Of a DNA stretch of 64,000 nucleotides, positions 52,363-63,039 are shown piece by piece. The number at the start of each line of letters is the position of its first letter. Positions within the stretch are counted from its first letter, which is position 1. The notes below the pieces were generated by a model. It saw only the letters and a program-made list of their open reading frames with translations. It ran no database searches and was not told the DNA's origin. Position numbers and translations under genes: made by a program. Source of the DNA: a phage; sequence record PZ495249.1; one strand, 5' to 3'.

Positions 52363-55300
52363 TTACGTCGTTGGTACATCGTTTGGAGTTGGACGAATTA
52401 CCGCAGTGTTACCCACTGAAACATTACTTGCGTCGTTAGGAACAGTTTTAATTCTAATTCCAGCCGCAGTAGCTGTTTGAATAGGATCGGCAATATCAAT
52501 CTTGACAGGGTTTGTCCACAGGTCATTATCTTGATATGGTGCGCGGGTAATTACAGTATCGAGATCTGCACCACCTGCACCTGCCCCAGGAATACGGATA
52601 CGTGTTCCGGCTGATAATGGGTAATGGTATAACCAAGAAGCGTTTGTCGCCGTTCCATTTGGTACTAAGTTCTGAGCCAGTGATTTATCGCCAACAGTTG
52701 TTGCACGAATTCCGAATGCTGCAATATCTGGGATATATGCACCACTTGTCGTAACAAGGAAGAACGTGTTATCTGCTTTAACGATCATGTCACCTTTATC
52801 AAACTCTTTCCCAGTTGGGAAGTGCAGACCATCAATGTTTCTGCTTGGGTTAGCTTCCAGGTAATAAACCTTTCCGGTAGAACCAAGAAGAGCACCAATT
52901 CCGCCAGCGATGTTGGTATACATGTTGGCTTCAACGTTACAGTTGACACGGTGAATGTCAGAGTAACGGCAACGGCTCCATGCTGGACGACCACTAACCA
53001 TTGTGTTACCATTTGGGTAGCAGTTTACGTTAACCATTTCAAGAACAGATTTCTCGCGACGGAAGAATCCATCGTAGAATGTACCTGGTCCTGACTCTGG
53101 TTGACCAACACACTCGAAGCTGTTACAAGTGATGTTTGACATTGACAGCCAAGAAGCAATACCGAATAGCTGTAGTGCAGCACAACGGATGTTCTCGAAG
53201 CTCACACGGTTTTCAAATCCTGGTCCTGCTGAAACACCTGCGAACACACGCCCTGTGCGGGTATGAACGTTCTTAACAGAGTAGTTGAAGCAAGGGTTTG
53301 AAGGTCTACCTTGTGGTGGCTGAACTGGTTGTCCATCCGGTCCCAATACTGGGTTAGTACCCCACTCCAAGTAAATCAGACGGATATTACTTGCTGGAGT
53401 GTTAGCATCAGTTTTAGGTTCACCGTAAACACCGTCAATCGTGAAGTCTTTGCTTCCGTACATTACCACTGCACCTGTTGCTAAACCAGTACCTGTCGAA
53501 ACAGTCTGATCAGGATCACCGTGGATGTTCTCAATAGTAATGTTACGTCCAACTTCTACGTGAACAATTTGACGACAACGTTTTGCAAACACGTTGCGGA
53601 TTGTGATATTCTTACAGTATTGACTGTCTGGGATATCGTAACCATATGGTCCCTGTCCTGCCACACCGATACCGATACCCCAGTTGGAGTTAGCGATAGG
53701 AGCGTTTGTACCGTCAATGTTAGACAGATAGATGTTCTCGATCACACAACCATCATCATAGTGTTTACTGATAACGTTAAGTTCGATAGCATCACCTTGC
53801 ATATCCATGAAGGTAAGGTTGCGGAATACACCACGAGTTACAGGCTCACCAGTACCTTGTTGAAGAATACCGTATAAACCGTTTTTGAAGGTACAGTTGT
53901 CAATCTCGAATGTACCCGTGATTGGGTTGCCCTGGAATACCAGGCTACCAACTTGTCCTGCGCGTGGCGCACCGTCCCACAGGCAGTCGTAGATACGAAC
54001 TGCACCACCCCAATACATAACGCGAGCGTTACGGAAGGTTACACCTTCTAAGGTAGCATTTTGTAAACGATAGTCACGTTGACCACGGAATACACCACCT
54101 TTCAGCGTGATACCAGTGATATCAAAGCTGCTTGTAGTGAAAGTCATGTCACACCCGTAGGCGTTCAACACTTTCCCTTTGCTGTTAGCAGTTGCTGTCA
54201 GAGCCGCCTGGAAAGCTGCTTCTGGTGTGGTGTATTTTGAATTGTTCGCAAACTCAGACAAGTAAACAACGTCGAACAGATCGTTGAATACACCACCGTG
54301 TGGTGTTAGAAGCGCTTCTGTGTTCGTCAGAACCCAAGTGGTAGGGCTAACCCCTCCGCTGCTTTCTAAAGTGTCTGTAGCTGAAATTGTCTTAGGTAGA
54401 GTACCAGCCCAACGATAACGACCTGAACCCATACCGATAGTTTGGTTCTTGATAGTTAAAGTAGCTGCGTTACCGAAGCTCGTTGGCAGGTGAACAAATT
54501 GTCCACGTTCAACAGCCAGTGCAGCAAGGTCAACTGTACCACCTGAGTAAGTTAACACACCTGTTGCAGAAAGGCTACCGAAGTTACCGCTAATACCTAC
54601 TGGTAGAGTGTACGCTGCTTGGGTTGTAGGATCGTAAAGAGCCTTAATCCCTGTTAGAGACTGCCCTGTTTGTGCTAAACCAACTTCTGCATCTTTCAGA
54701 CCGAACTTACGTGCCACAATCTGTGTTGGAACTTTACTCATCTGAGTCGTCAGATCAGAAGTAGTAGTTTCCAGTGCAGTAACACGGTTTGCCAGGTTAG
54801 GATCGTTATCTGCGGCAGCTACAATTTTACCAATGTACGCAAACAGTTTGTTAGGTAGTCCAGTAGCAGGATCTAAACCAAGAGGTTCAGAAAGAATGAT
54901 CTTGCTGTCCTGAATAGTATACGCATCACCAACAATCTGCACAACCCCGTTGATAGTTACGATAGCACTATCAAACACGTATGGAGGGCTGATAACTTTC
55001 TCATAACCTGTTGCGCCAGTGTACAACCAAGGGTATACTTCGTTAGCAAGCTGTTCAGTTTTCATAGCCCAGAGAACCCAGTTATTATCTCCTACTGGAG
55101 TCCCTTGCATAGGGATTGGGTTAGCGGTTGTCGCTGTTGGAGCGTAGTAATACCCACTCAGAATCCCATTCTGGAAGAAACGGAGTTGGTTAAATACTGT
55201 TTCATTAGTACCTGCCGCCCAAGCGACAGGGCTTTTGAAATAGAAGTTATCAAGCAACGCTTTACGCAGCGTAGGAATTAAACCTGTTTCAGTTTCAACC

Positions 55301-55407
55301 GTAGCTGTCGCAGCACCGTTAATAACATCGTGCAACTGGTTAGAAGAGAAAATAACCAGGTCAACACCCTGATCGAGTGTTGTAGCAGGATATGTTGGAA
55401 ATGCCAT
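52363..55407 (-). CDS. tailspike / receptor-binding protein with parallel beta-helix-like repeats (candidate depolymerase)
   Basis: 1014 aa; repeated N.T..N pattern (NCTFKNG, NITIRNV, NITIENI) typical of pectate-lyase-like beta-helices. Confidence 0.7.
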   Translation of the reverse strand: MAFPTYPATTLDQGVDLVIFSSNQLHDVINGAATATVETETGLIPTLRKALLDNFYFKSPVAWAAGTNETVFNQLRFFQNGILSGYYYAPTATTANPIPMQGTPVGDNNWVLWAMKTEQLANEVYPWLYTGATGYEKVISPPYVFDSAIVTINGVVQIVGDAYTIQDSKIILSEPLGLDPATGLPNKLFAYIGKIVAAADNDPNLANRVTALETTTSDLTTQMSKVPTQIVARKFGLKDAEVGLAQTGQSLTGIKALYDPTTQAAYTLPVGISGNFGSLSATGVLTYSGGTVDLAALAVERGQFVHLPTSFGNAATLTIKNQTIGMGSGRYRWAGTLPKTISATDTLESSGGVSPTTWVLTNTEALLTPHGGVFNDLFDVVYLSEFANNSKYTTPEAAFQAALTATANSKGKVLNAYGCDMTFTTSSFDITGITLKGGVFRGQRDYRLQNATLEGVTFRNARVMYWGGAVRIYDCLWDGAPRAGQVGSLVFQGNPITGTFEIDNCTFKNGLYGILQQGTGEPVTRGVFRNLTFMDMQGDAIELNVISKHYDDGCVIENIYLSNIDGTNAPIANSNWGIGIGVAGQGPYGYDIPDSQYCKNITIRNVFAKRCRQIVHVEVGRNITIENIHGDPDQTVSTGTGLATGAVVMYGSKDFTIDGVYGEPKTDANTPASNIRLIYLEWGTNPVLGPDGQPVQPPQGRPSNPCFNYSVKNVHTRTGRVFAGVSAGPGFENRVSFENIRCAALQLFGIASWLSMSNITCNSFECVGQPESGPGTFYDGFFRREKSVLEMVNVNCYPNGNTMVSGRPAWSRCRYSDIHRVNCNVEANMYTNIAGGIGALLGSTGKVYYLEANPSRNIDGLHFPTGKEFDKGDMIVKADNTFFLVTTSGAYIPDIAAFGIRATTVGDKSLAQNLVPNGTATNASWLYHYPLSAGTRIRIPGAGAGGADLDTVITRAPYQDNDLWTNPVKIDIADPIQTATAAGIRIKTVPNDASNVSVGNTAVIRPTPNDVPTT

Positions 55408-55748
55408 TAATTTTTGTCCTTACTTTGTGTGCGTTTAGTTATTTCCTCTAACATCATCTGGATAGTCGCATTCTTGAGATCCATAATCTTTTCGATTTTC
55501 TGTTCAAGAGCGGTATTGTTTGCCATCAGAGTAGAGTTTATCTGGTTCAGCATCTGAGCAAGTTCGGCTTTCGTTGCGTAAGTTGATTCGACAAAGACGA
55601 GTTTCTTTTCTAATTCTCGATACTTGTCTTCAACTTCTTCTAAATCCGATGACATGTCATCAACTTTCTGTTTGAAGAAGAACCAGATAACACCAATTAA
55701 AGGGAGTATCGTTTCCTTTGCGATATCCCATAGTTCGGTAATTTGCAT
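55407..55748 (-). CDS. hypothetical protein with N-terminal hydrophobic helix (113 aa)
   Basis: track ORF; AAGGAG RBS; ATGA-type overlap with tailspike start. Confidence 0.5.
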   Translation of the reverse strand: MQITELWDIAKETILPLIGVIWFFFKQKVDDMSSDLEEVEDKYRELEKKLVFVESTYATKAELAQMLNQINSTLMANNTALEQKIEKIMDLKNATIQMMLEEITKRTQSKDKN

Positions 55749-55757
55749 GTGATCTCC

Positions 55758-56303
55758 TTATTTGGTTGGCAGGATAGGCCATTCAATATTAGTTGGATAG
55801 CCCTCTTGCGAAGTCACACGGCTTAGATATACCAAGTAACGTTGCAATTCTTTTAAGTAGGCAGCTTCTTCGTCAGTCATCATATCCAACTCTTTAGCCG
55901 CCTGTAACGGAGCCATAAGTTGAGAGACTTCGTTTTGTAATGTATCTGCTTTACTTTTTGCATTTGCAATCAGTTCTTCACGAGTTGGTATACGATCTTT
56001 TATTTTCCCTGTTCGAAGATCAAACACCTTGTTTTTGAAATCATCAATGACACCATCTAAATCAATATCGGCAATGCAAGCATTGATAGGCCACAAGCCA
56101 GATACATCCTTGGAGACGGATGTAATTACCCCAGACTGTTTATCGAAAACAATTTTCAGCTTATCATTATCAAACAAACGCTGGCATTCGTACCAATCTA
56201 CACCTTCTTGACTTTTCAGAAAAATGACGTTTAAAGTTTTCTGTAACTCCAGCTTGTCTTTATCTTCTGGGTTGTAAATTTTAAAATTTGTTAAAATAGT
56301 CAT
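55758..56303 (-). CDS. tail fibre assembly chaperone-like protein
   Basis: track ORF 55758..56327 trimmed to Met overlapping fibre stop (TAATG); Tfa-like C-terminus; sits immediately downstream of a fibre gene. Confidence 0.6.
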   Translation of the reverse strand: MTILTNFKIYNPEDKDKLELQKTLNVIFLKSQEGVDWYECQRLFDNDKLKIVFDKQSGVITSVSKDVSGLWPINACIADIDLDGVIDDFKNKVFDLRTGKIKDRIPTREELIANAKSKADTLQNEVSQLMAPLQAAKELDMMTDEEAAYLKELQRYLVYLSRVTSQEGYPTNIEWPILPTK

Positions 56304-57358
56304 TATAATTGTCCCACCGTGTACCAATTTCCGTTAACATTCTTCTGGACAGGTTTGAAATATAATGTATCCCCGCCAGGGTTTTCACCCTCGAAGTAAT
56401 AACCCATTACAAAACCGCCACCATCTGCTAAGACAGCCTGATTGTGTTTAATAATCTTCGTGTACGTCGCGCCTAAGCGGATATCTATAACACAGTTAGC
56501 AAGAGTCCAGTTCCAGTTGTTAGAGATCTGCCCTTGCAGGTAGTCCTGTACGTTAGTAATACGGTTGTTAACTGCACCAATCTGAGAGTTGATGTAGTTA
56601 GTTAGGTTGGTATTAACGTTGTTGATGTTGTTTTGCAACGTCGTCTGTAACGTGTTTAAACGTGAGTTTAAATAGTCTAAACGAACAAGCGCATTCTGGT
56701 TCACTGTATCCTGTGCATCGTTTGTACGAGGACTTGTCAGGGTAACATAACCACCATCCCACATAGTAACAACAGCAGTTTGAGCACCGTTTGCAGGGTT
56801 AATACGTGCCATTGATAAATAACCACCACCCGCATAAGTGGATGAGAAGTTACCATTAGTCTGACCAGCGAAATTCTGAAAGAAGATCGTTGCAGCATCT
56901 GTTGTGCTTGTACCACAGACATAAATATCACCGCCCCAAATACCACCATTACCATCTCGCTTAACTAATACGTTAGGAGTGACAACATTACTTGTAGCAT
57001 CTGAGATATTCGCTGATAAGTGGTTGTGACTGTTATCTACCACCTGAATTGAAAGAGTAACCTCTTTGTTACCATTCCAAGTTACAGAACCCGTGGCATC
57101 ACCAGCCATTGTAATCTTAGTACCAACAAGCGGAAGATAGGTGTTTGGTAACGTTGGCATGAAGTCATCTACGATGTAGTGAATCCATAATCCAAGGTTA
57201 TTCAGCAGCCAGTTTAATTCTTCGCAAGTCATAATTTGACCGAAGTCCATACCCACTGTGCGGATAGTTTCTTTCGGTCTAATCTTGTTTGTGTTCCCTG
57301 TCCCTGGAAGCGTTACTGTTTGTGTCGCCCAATCAGGGTAGTATGTTGGCTTAGCCAT
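56303..57358 (-). CDS. tail fibre protein (351 aa)
   Basis: Asn-rich coiled segment NNINNVNTNLTNYINSQIGAVNNRITNVQ; AAGGAG RBS; followed by chaperone gene. Confidence 0.6.
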   Translation of the reverse strand: MAKPTYYPDWATQTVTLPGTGNTNKIRPKETIRTVGMDFGQIMTCEELNWLLNNLGLWIHYIVDDFMPTLPNTYLPLVGTKITMAGDATGSVTWNGNKEVTLSIQVVDNSHNHLSANISDATSNVVTPNVLVKRDGNGGIWGGDIYVCGTSTTDAATIFFQNFAGQTNGNFSSTYAGGGYLSMARINPANGAQTAVVTMWDGGYVTLTSPRTNDAQDTVNQNALVRLDYLNSRLNTLQTTLQNNINNVNTNLTNYINSQIGAVNNRITNVQDYLQGQISNNWNWTLANCVIDIRLGATYTKIIKHNQAVLADGGGFVMGYYFEGENPGGDTLYFKPVQKNVNGNWYTVGQL

Positions 57359-57367
57359 TTAAACTCC

Positions 57368-57997
57368 TTACTCTATTTGCGCTATTAGCATACACATGCG
57401 TCCAGTTTCTTCTCCGGTAGATTCCATGTATAGGGAACCCAGGCCACCAATCCCATGAGGGGGCTTAGTCGCGTAATAGGAAGTGAAACCGAAAGCCGAT
57501 CCAGACTTCGCTCCTAAACGGTAGCTACTTAAAATTGGGAAAACGTTAAGCAGTTGCGCAATAGCCTGATCAGATTGCAGACACAAGTTATAAAAGAATA
57601 CGTCGAAGGTTTTGTTTAACCCAACGTATGTGTTAATCGTAGATCTATCTGTACCTGTGAAACGAGCGAAAATATCAATAATGTCGCCTCGTGTACCAGA
57701 GGATGCAACACGATATGCCCTGATTTTTAAAATCGTTCTATACTCTTCATCGTCAGAACCATTTCGTTCGATCCCCATTTCTTCACCGATGATATCGAGA
57801 TATTCACCTGTAGCAGTGGAGATCAAACGGTGTTTAGCAAGATAGATCATTGCCTGATCTATCTTTTGCTTTTCACTTGAAATGACGTAAAGGAGCTTGA
57901 CAATGTTTTCAGAAGATTTAAAATCTTCAATCAGGAGGTTTTTAACATCTTCATTGATATTATCCCAAGTCGTTACATGGTCAACACTCACTGCCAT
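57368..57997 (-). CDS. baseplate protein (P2 gpI-like position)
   Basis: track ORF; called from position next to the gpJ-like gene, in P2-like J-I-H-G order. Confidence 0.5.
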   Translation of the reverse strand: MAVSVDHVTTWDNINEDVKNLLIEDFKSSENIVKLLYVISSEKQKIDQAMIYLAKHRLISTATGEYLDIIGEEMGIERNGSDDEEYRTILKIRAYRVASSGTRGDIIDIFARFTGTDRSTINTYVGLNKTFDVFFYNLCLQSDQAIAQLLNVFPILSSYRLGAKSGSAFGFTSYYATKPPHGIGGLGSLYMESTGEETGRMCMLIAQIE

Positions 57998-57999
57998 TT

Positions 58000-59487
58000 T
58001 TAGACTCCGTATTCGTATGAAATGTTTTCAAGGTCGAATGATGGTACAACGTTGTACGCAGGAACGATATCGCTCTCAGTGTATTTACTGTCATCCTCAG
58101 TATTAAGTTTAACATAAACACGCAGAGAAGTCAAGCGTCCAAACGCCAGAGCGGAATAAATTACCCCTTTAATCTGGTCGTTAGTAACAGTTGAACCTAA
58201 TTCGAAGTAAGCTTGCAGGTCAGAGAGAGCCTTGACAATGTTTTCTCTTTCTGTCGTACTTAGAGTAGAACCGTTAGCACTCTGATAAACCAGTTTCAGA
58301 GAGTAAACTTGGCTATCACCTGGAGAGAAACGAATAATCTCTTGACCACCGTCTTCCGTTGTGATAGTAATAGCTGTAGTCCCATAAGTCAGGGTGTTGA
58401 TTGGCTTAGTGTCATAAATAACTTTAGCCACTTCCTCAGCGTTACCACCGAATACGATAGTTTGGAAAGTAAAGGCTGGTGCATATGTCTGATCGTGCAG
58501 TGTCGGGTTATCATAAATCTTAACCTTAGTTACACCGTCAGTTAACAGCAGAGCTTTGACAATCGCAGCACGAGTAGCAGCATTTGCTTCATCAAGGTTG
58601 TCATTGAAACGTGAACGGAATTCCGCATCGGTTTCAACATCACGACCTGGGGAGAATGCATAGAAGTTACCAGTGTCTAAGTAACCCGCAAATGTTGAAG
58701 AGATACCAGTGATACTCTCCACGCCAACAGGGTTATATCCAGCCTCTGCACCAACGACAGGAATTTCACTCCACTTAATTCCGATAGGAATGGAAGCGTA
58801 GAATTTCATTGGAGTAACAAGCCCAACGGGATTAACGTTATCTGAGGTATTAAAACCTACGTATACGTTGCTTGAATCGTTCCATACAAGGTTTCTATCC
58901 GTGATAGATACGTTTGCCTTAATGAAATTCATTAAGTCTGTAATGAACGTTGTAGAGTTCGGATTTAGCGTTTTACTGTTCAGACCACCATCACTTGCGT
59001 TCTGCATGTAGAATGTAATAGCGTTTACACCAGATCCTGTTGCGTTAGCCTTGGAAATAGTGTATGCTCCAATCTTAGCATTAAGCATGGTAGGAGTGCT
59101 GACGTAATATGTCAAGTCGTTATCTGCATTGAAATAGGTTTCTGTGCCTAATTCATAAGTCCAAGCAGCTTTGTTGTTTGTCTTAACGTAAGCATAACCA
59201 CTACCAGCAGATGCACCTTGGCGGTAGAAACCACGTTTAGAGAAAATCTCGTCGAGGTAAATACCTTCTGCGCCATCTAAGGTTTGCGTGTTATAGACAC
59301 CCTGCATACCTTCCCACAATGTGTAGTCGGTGTATGCAACAATGCGGAACAACTGCCCGAAAACCGTATCTTCGGAAGTTGCAGTGTCTGCCCCGAAAGT
59401 GTTTTTCAGGGAAGTCATGTAGTTATTCAGAATGTCATCGAATGTCGGGATTACAAATCCCGCATCTGTTAGGCCATAATCTGCCAT
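58000..59487 (-). CDS. baseplate wedge protein (gpJ-like)
   Basis: 495 aa; AAGGAGGA RBS; position between spike/wedge genes and fibre genes. Confidence 0.55.
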   Translation of the reverse strand: MADYGLTDAGFVIPTFDDILNNYMTSLKNTFGADTATSEDTVFGQLFRIVAYTDYTLWEGMQGVYNTQTLDGAEGIYLDEIFSKRGFYRQGASAGSGYAYVKTNNKAAWTYELGTETYFNADNDLTYYVSTPTMLNAKIGAYTISKANATGSGVNAITFYMQNASDGGLNSKTLNPNSTTFITDLMNFIKANVSITDRNLVWNDSSNVYVGFNTSDNVNPVGLVTPMKFYASIPIGIKWSEIPVVGAEAGYNPVGVESITGISSTFAGYLDTGNFYAFSPGRDVETDAEFRSRFNDNLDEANAATRAAIVKALLLTDGVTKVKIYDNPTLHDQTYAPAFTFQTIVFGGNAEEVAKVIYDTKPINTLTYGTTAITITTEDGGQEIIRFSPGDSQVYSLKLVYQSANGSTLSTTERENIVKALSDLQAYFELGSTVTNDQIKGVIYSALAFGRLTSLRVYVKLNTEDDSKYTESDIVPAYNVVPSFDLENISYEYGV

Positions 59488-59735
59488 TAATCTTCCTCCT
59501 TCTTATCAGGGGCAGGTGTTCTGCCCCAACGTAGATCGATCAGATTCTTCATTAAGCGTGAAGGTGTGATCATGAAAACGAAAGCCCAACCCATCCACTC
59601 AGGGATCTCTTTTTCGATCCCTAAGAAGATGAACATTCCTGTCATGGTAAGCATTCCGACTGCGTTCCACACTTTGGTAGAACTAACTTTGCTGTTTGGA
59701 TAAGTACAAAACATTCCGATTAAAAATTTCTTCAT
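59487..59735 (-). CDS. small membrane-like protein (82 aa)
   Basis: track ORF; ATGA overlap; hydrophobic segments. Confidence 0.45.
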   Translation of the reverse strand: MKKFLIGMFCTYPNSKVSSTKVWNAVGMLTMTGMFIFLGIEKEIPEWMGWAFVFMITPSRLMKNLIDLRWGRTPAPDKKEED

Positions 59736-62566
59736 TGGTTTTTTCTCAAGTCAATGCCAATATCTGGTAGGCTTGACTGCGGATTCAGTTCACGGTAAAG
59801 TGCATACAGACCGAAGCCACGTAGCAATTCACCTGCGTGGAAACCGAAGAACATGCCGTTGTCCGTATTGGCGCGAGGTGCAACACTCCAGCTTCCGTTC
59901 ATTGGATGATTAGGAGTCAGAATGATGTAATTTTCTTGGATCAGTTCGAAGCAACGATCAGCCACAATACCGATGTTAGGAATTTGATTTTCCAGACCAG
60001 CAAGACCAACATAAGAACATCCAGCCATCCACAACGCTGACATGTGACTTGTGAAGTCATCAATAGGTGCAAGCACTGTTCCATCTGGGTTAAAGATGGT
60101 TGGTGTACGTCCATCATTATGATCCTGGAACCATTTCAGGTAATCAACCCAGTTCTTAACAACTGTCAGTAGTTTAGGTGGAATAGGCTCGTTACGAGCT
60201 TTTAGTTCGTGCAGACAACGTGCAGCACAATAGAATGCGCGAGCTTCGTATCCATCCCAAGCTTTCTCGTTCCAGTGTTTCATTGTGAACTCATTGGTGT
60301 CACCGTATTTCTTAGCATCCCAACGATCCCATACGAATGCTTGAGCCATAGGACCAGGCATTACAGGATTGAATGTTGTGTAGAACCATTGTTGAGCGTC
60401 ATAAAGGAAGTTGATACTTTCATTCAGACGTGTATAATCAATGTTCTGACCTTTGAAGCAATACAGAGTAGGGTACTGGTATCCTGGGTATGGAAGTCCA
60501 CGCCATCCATCAAACAAAGCCGTATTAGGGTCACTGATGTTGGAGAACGGGATAATACCAGGTGTGTAGTACAAACTGTTTAGCTTATAGTCGATGATTA
60601 CACAATCACCAAGTTTGGCATTGTACGGATTGCTTCCCTGTACCGTGATACGGAAATACATGGTATAATCATCACCACTCGTAGAGGAGTAGGTGGTAGG
60701 TACGTCATTAACGCAATACCAATCAATTTTACCATTTACACCGTTCACTGGATCTGTATCCAGCACCAGGTTGATTTGATCTACATGGCTTAAATCAATA
60801 ACAGATGGTTTAGGATCTGTCTCTGGGTGGTTAGGCTGATAAGCACTTAATTTGAAGCTTGCTGGAGTTAGGTTTAATGTAGACCATGCACCACCAGTTT
60901 TCGGAACCATAGCCCACCATCTCCATCCGGCAGCATCTGTAATCGTGATATTAAAATCATCGTTGTAAGATCTGTACGATAGAGACTTTAAGTTTGTTGT
61001 CTCAGCATCAAGTAACCAGAAACCGATAGTGATACCACCATCGCCATCCATTGTTGCACTGCAAATCTGATCACTAATTCCTGATAGAATGTTAGTAGTA
61101 TACTGGAATTGTACCACAGTATTATCACCCCAGTCAACAACAATTCGTGGATCTGCAATAATATATTGACCACCACCAGGAGGAGTTGAACGGACGAAGT
61201 TATATAGCGGAATATCCATTGACTGAATCGCTGTTGTACCTAATGGCAAACCACAACGATACTCAACTAAATCATTCTCAGTTTTTGATTTACTCAGTGA
61301 TAATTCAGGGCGGAACAGCAGACCATTACCTGCATCATCTACACCGGAGAATTGAACACGGAGTTTAGAATTCTGATCTACACGGAACCAGATTGCTTGT
61401 TGTTCCAGTGTAGTTTGTGCAGCCACATTCTGACGAATTGTGATATAACCCTTTGAGTCACGTCCATATACCGGAGTAGCATCTGAGGGGTATGTGTAAT
61501 CATAACTGATACCGTCAGTAAATGGAATAGCTGCCATTGTTGATTTACGGAAGAATTTATCAAAACGGTCAATATCTGAATAGTCGATACATACCATTAA
61601 TGAAGACTGCCAGCAAAGCCAGTATTTTCTTTCTCCAGTAATTTTATACATGATGTAGTTAACATCGCACCACCATGTCTCAGCATCCGAGGCATTGTCT
61701 GCGAAGTCAAGAGAAATAGGAACGTTCACAGGACGGTTATGCCACATTTCATTACGTCCCATTAAATATCCACCTTTATCCACCGGATTGCAAGTTGCGT
61801 AATTGAACTTGTGGTTTCCATTTAATGTTGTGTTCTTTAACTGAACTGTTCCATATTCGGCAACAGAATACCCTTCTTGGATAATATTTCCGTCCCAATC
61901 CACTTTACGTCCCAGGCGGTCGATAATCCAATCCACATCATATTGCTGTCCCTTAGCATCCCAGTTTGTTGATCCGTCAGCGTTAGCAGCATATACTGTT
62001 GCGTTAACAGAATTCCAACCTAAGTTACCGTCGAAAGCGAACCATGCTTTGTCCAGATATTCACCCCAATGCGGAGCACCGTGAGGAATAACAGTACGCC
62101 CGTTTGTCCATGTCATCATGCTTCCTTTGAAGCCACCATGAGTAGGATATCCGTCATCGGTTAACGGGTAGTGTGCCAGGCGCGGTTCTTTCCCGTTAAT
62201 GATCCAGTTAGGACGATATTTAGCCGGAGGATCAGGAATAGGTTGACCACCGAAGAAGTGATCAATATAGGCTTGCCAGTATTTCTTAGCAGAGTCTAAA
62301 TATTTCTTATCCCCCGTAGCAAGATATGCATAGGCACATCCAAGAATCAGCACTGATTGACCTTCGGTAGTAGCGTCACCATTTGGCTGACCTTCTTGAC
62401 CTGTCCAGTTAATAAAGTGTCTGTTGTTCGCTAATACGAATTGTGGGTTGAATACGTAGTGTTGAACTGTAGGATCAATAGTCAAACCCGTATTACGATC
62501 AAGGAACTGAATATGTCCCTCAATCAATTGAAAAGCATTGTCAATATTGTGCTGTGTTCTTGACAT
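59732..62566 (-). CDS. large baseplate-associated structural protein (944 aa)
   Basis: track ORF; AGGAG RBS; Trp/Tyr/Asn-rich; embedded in baseplate cluster. Confidence 0.65.
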   Translation of the reverse strand: MSRTQHNIDNAFQLIEGHIQFLDRNTGLTIDPTVQHYVFNPQFVLANNRHFINWTGQEGQPNGDATTEGQSVLILGCAYAYLATGDKKYLDSAKKYWQAYIDHFFGGQPIPDPPAKYRPNWIINGKEPRLAHYPLTDDGYPTHGGFKGSMMTWTNGRTVIPHGAPHWGEYLDKAWFAFDGNLGWNSVNATVYAANADGSTNWDAKGQQYDVDWIIDRLGRKVDWDGNIIQEGYSVAEYGTVQLKNTTLNGNHKFNYATCNPVDKGGYLMGRNEMWHNRPVNVPISLDFADNASDAETWWCDVNYIMYKITGERKYWLCWQSSLMVCIDYSDIDRFDKFFRKSTMAAIPFTDGISYDYTYPSDATPVYGRDSKGYITIRQNVAAQTTLEQQAIWFRVDQNSKLRVQFSGVDDAGNGLLFRPELSLSKSKTENDLVEYRCGLPLGTTAIQSMDIPLYNFVRSTPPGGGQYIIADPRIVVDWGDNTVVQFQYTTNILSGISDQICSATMDGDGGITIGFWLLDAETTNLKSLSYRSYNDDFNITITDAAGWRWWAMVPKTGGAWSTLNLTPASFKLSAYQPNHPETDPKPSVIDLSHVDQINLVLDTDPVNGVNGKIDWYCVNDVPTTYSSTSGDDYTMYFRITVQGSNPYNAKLGDCVIIDYKLNSLYYTPGIIPFSNISDPNTALFDGWRGLPYPGYQYPTLYCFKGQNIDYTRLNESINFLYDAQQWFYTTFNPVMPGPMAQAFVWDRWDAKKYGDTNEFTMKHWNEKAWDGYEARAFYCAARCLHELKARNEPIPPKLLTVVKNWVDYLKWFQDHNDGRTPTIFNPDGTVLAPIDDFTSHMSALWMAGCSYVGLAGLENQIPNIGIVADRCFELIQENYIILTPNHPMNGSWSVAPRANTDNGMFFGFHAGELLRGFGLYALYRELNPQSSLPDIGIDLRKNQ

Positions 62567-63039
62567 TAAATAACTCCTGCTGTCGCTAACTTACCTGTCC
62601 AGGTAGCGCCGTTGTCATAGCTGGTGAACTCGAAAGTGTCAACAGCCCCTTGTGCATAACTCAACACCGGATCACGTCCATAGCTCCACTTGACAGAAGG
62701 AGGCCATGATACTAAATTAGCACCACTGCCTTGTTTCAATGCCAATACAAACGTCTGAACCACGTTCGTAGTTACAGGAATGTTTGTGAAGCTGATTGTA
62801 CATGTTGAGGATGATAGTGTGGCAGTGAAATAGTCTGCCGTGTTTAAGTCTAAAGATAAAGCACTACCTACTGTTCCTCTTACAGAGAGGCGGTTACGCA
62901 CCACCCCTCCTCCGGCAAGAAGAACTTTCAAGGCAGTTTTCTTAGTGATACCCGCTTGGTCAGTAATGAAGAAATCATTATCTCCTACTGACGTTGTTTG
63001 GGAAAGATCACTAACCTTGATTGTTGTTAGATCTGCCAT
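62566..63039 (-). CDS. virion structural protein (157 aa)
   Basis: track ORF; ATGA overlap with downstream gene. Confidence 0.55.
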   Translation of the reverse strand: MADLTTIKVSDLSQTTSVGDNDFFITDQAGITKKTALKVLLAGGGVVRNRLSVRGTVGSALSLDLNTADYFTATLSSSTCTISFTNIPVTTNVVQTFVLALKQGSGANLVSWPPSVKWSYGRDPVLSYAQGAVDTFEFTSYDNGATWTGKLATAGVI

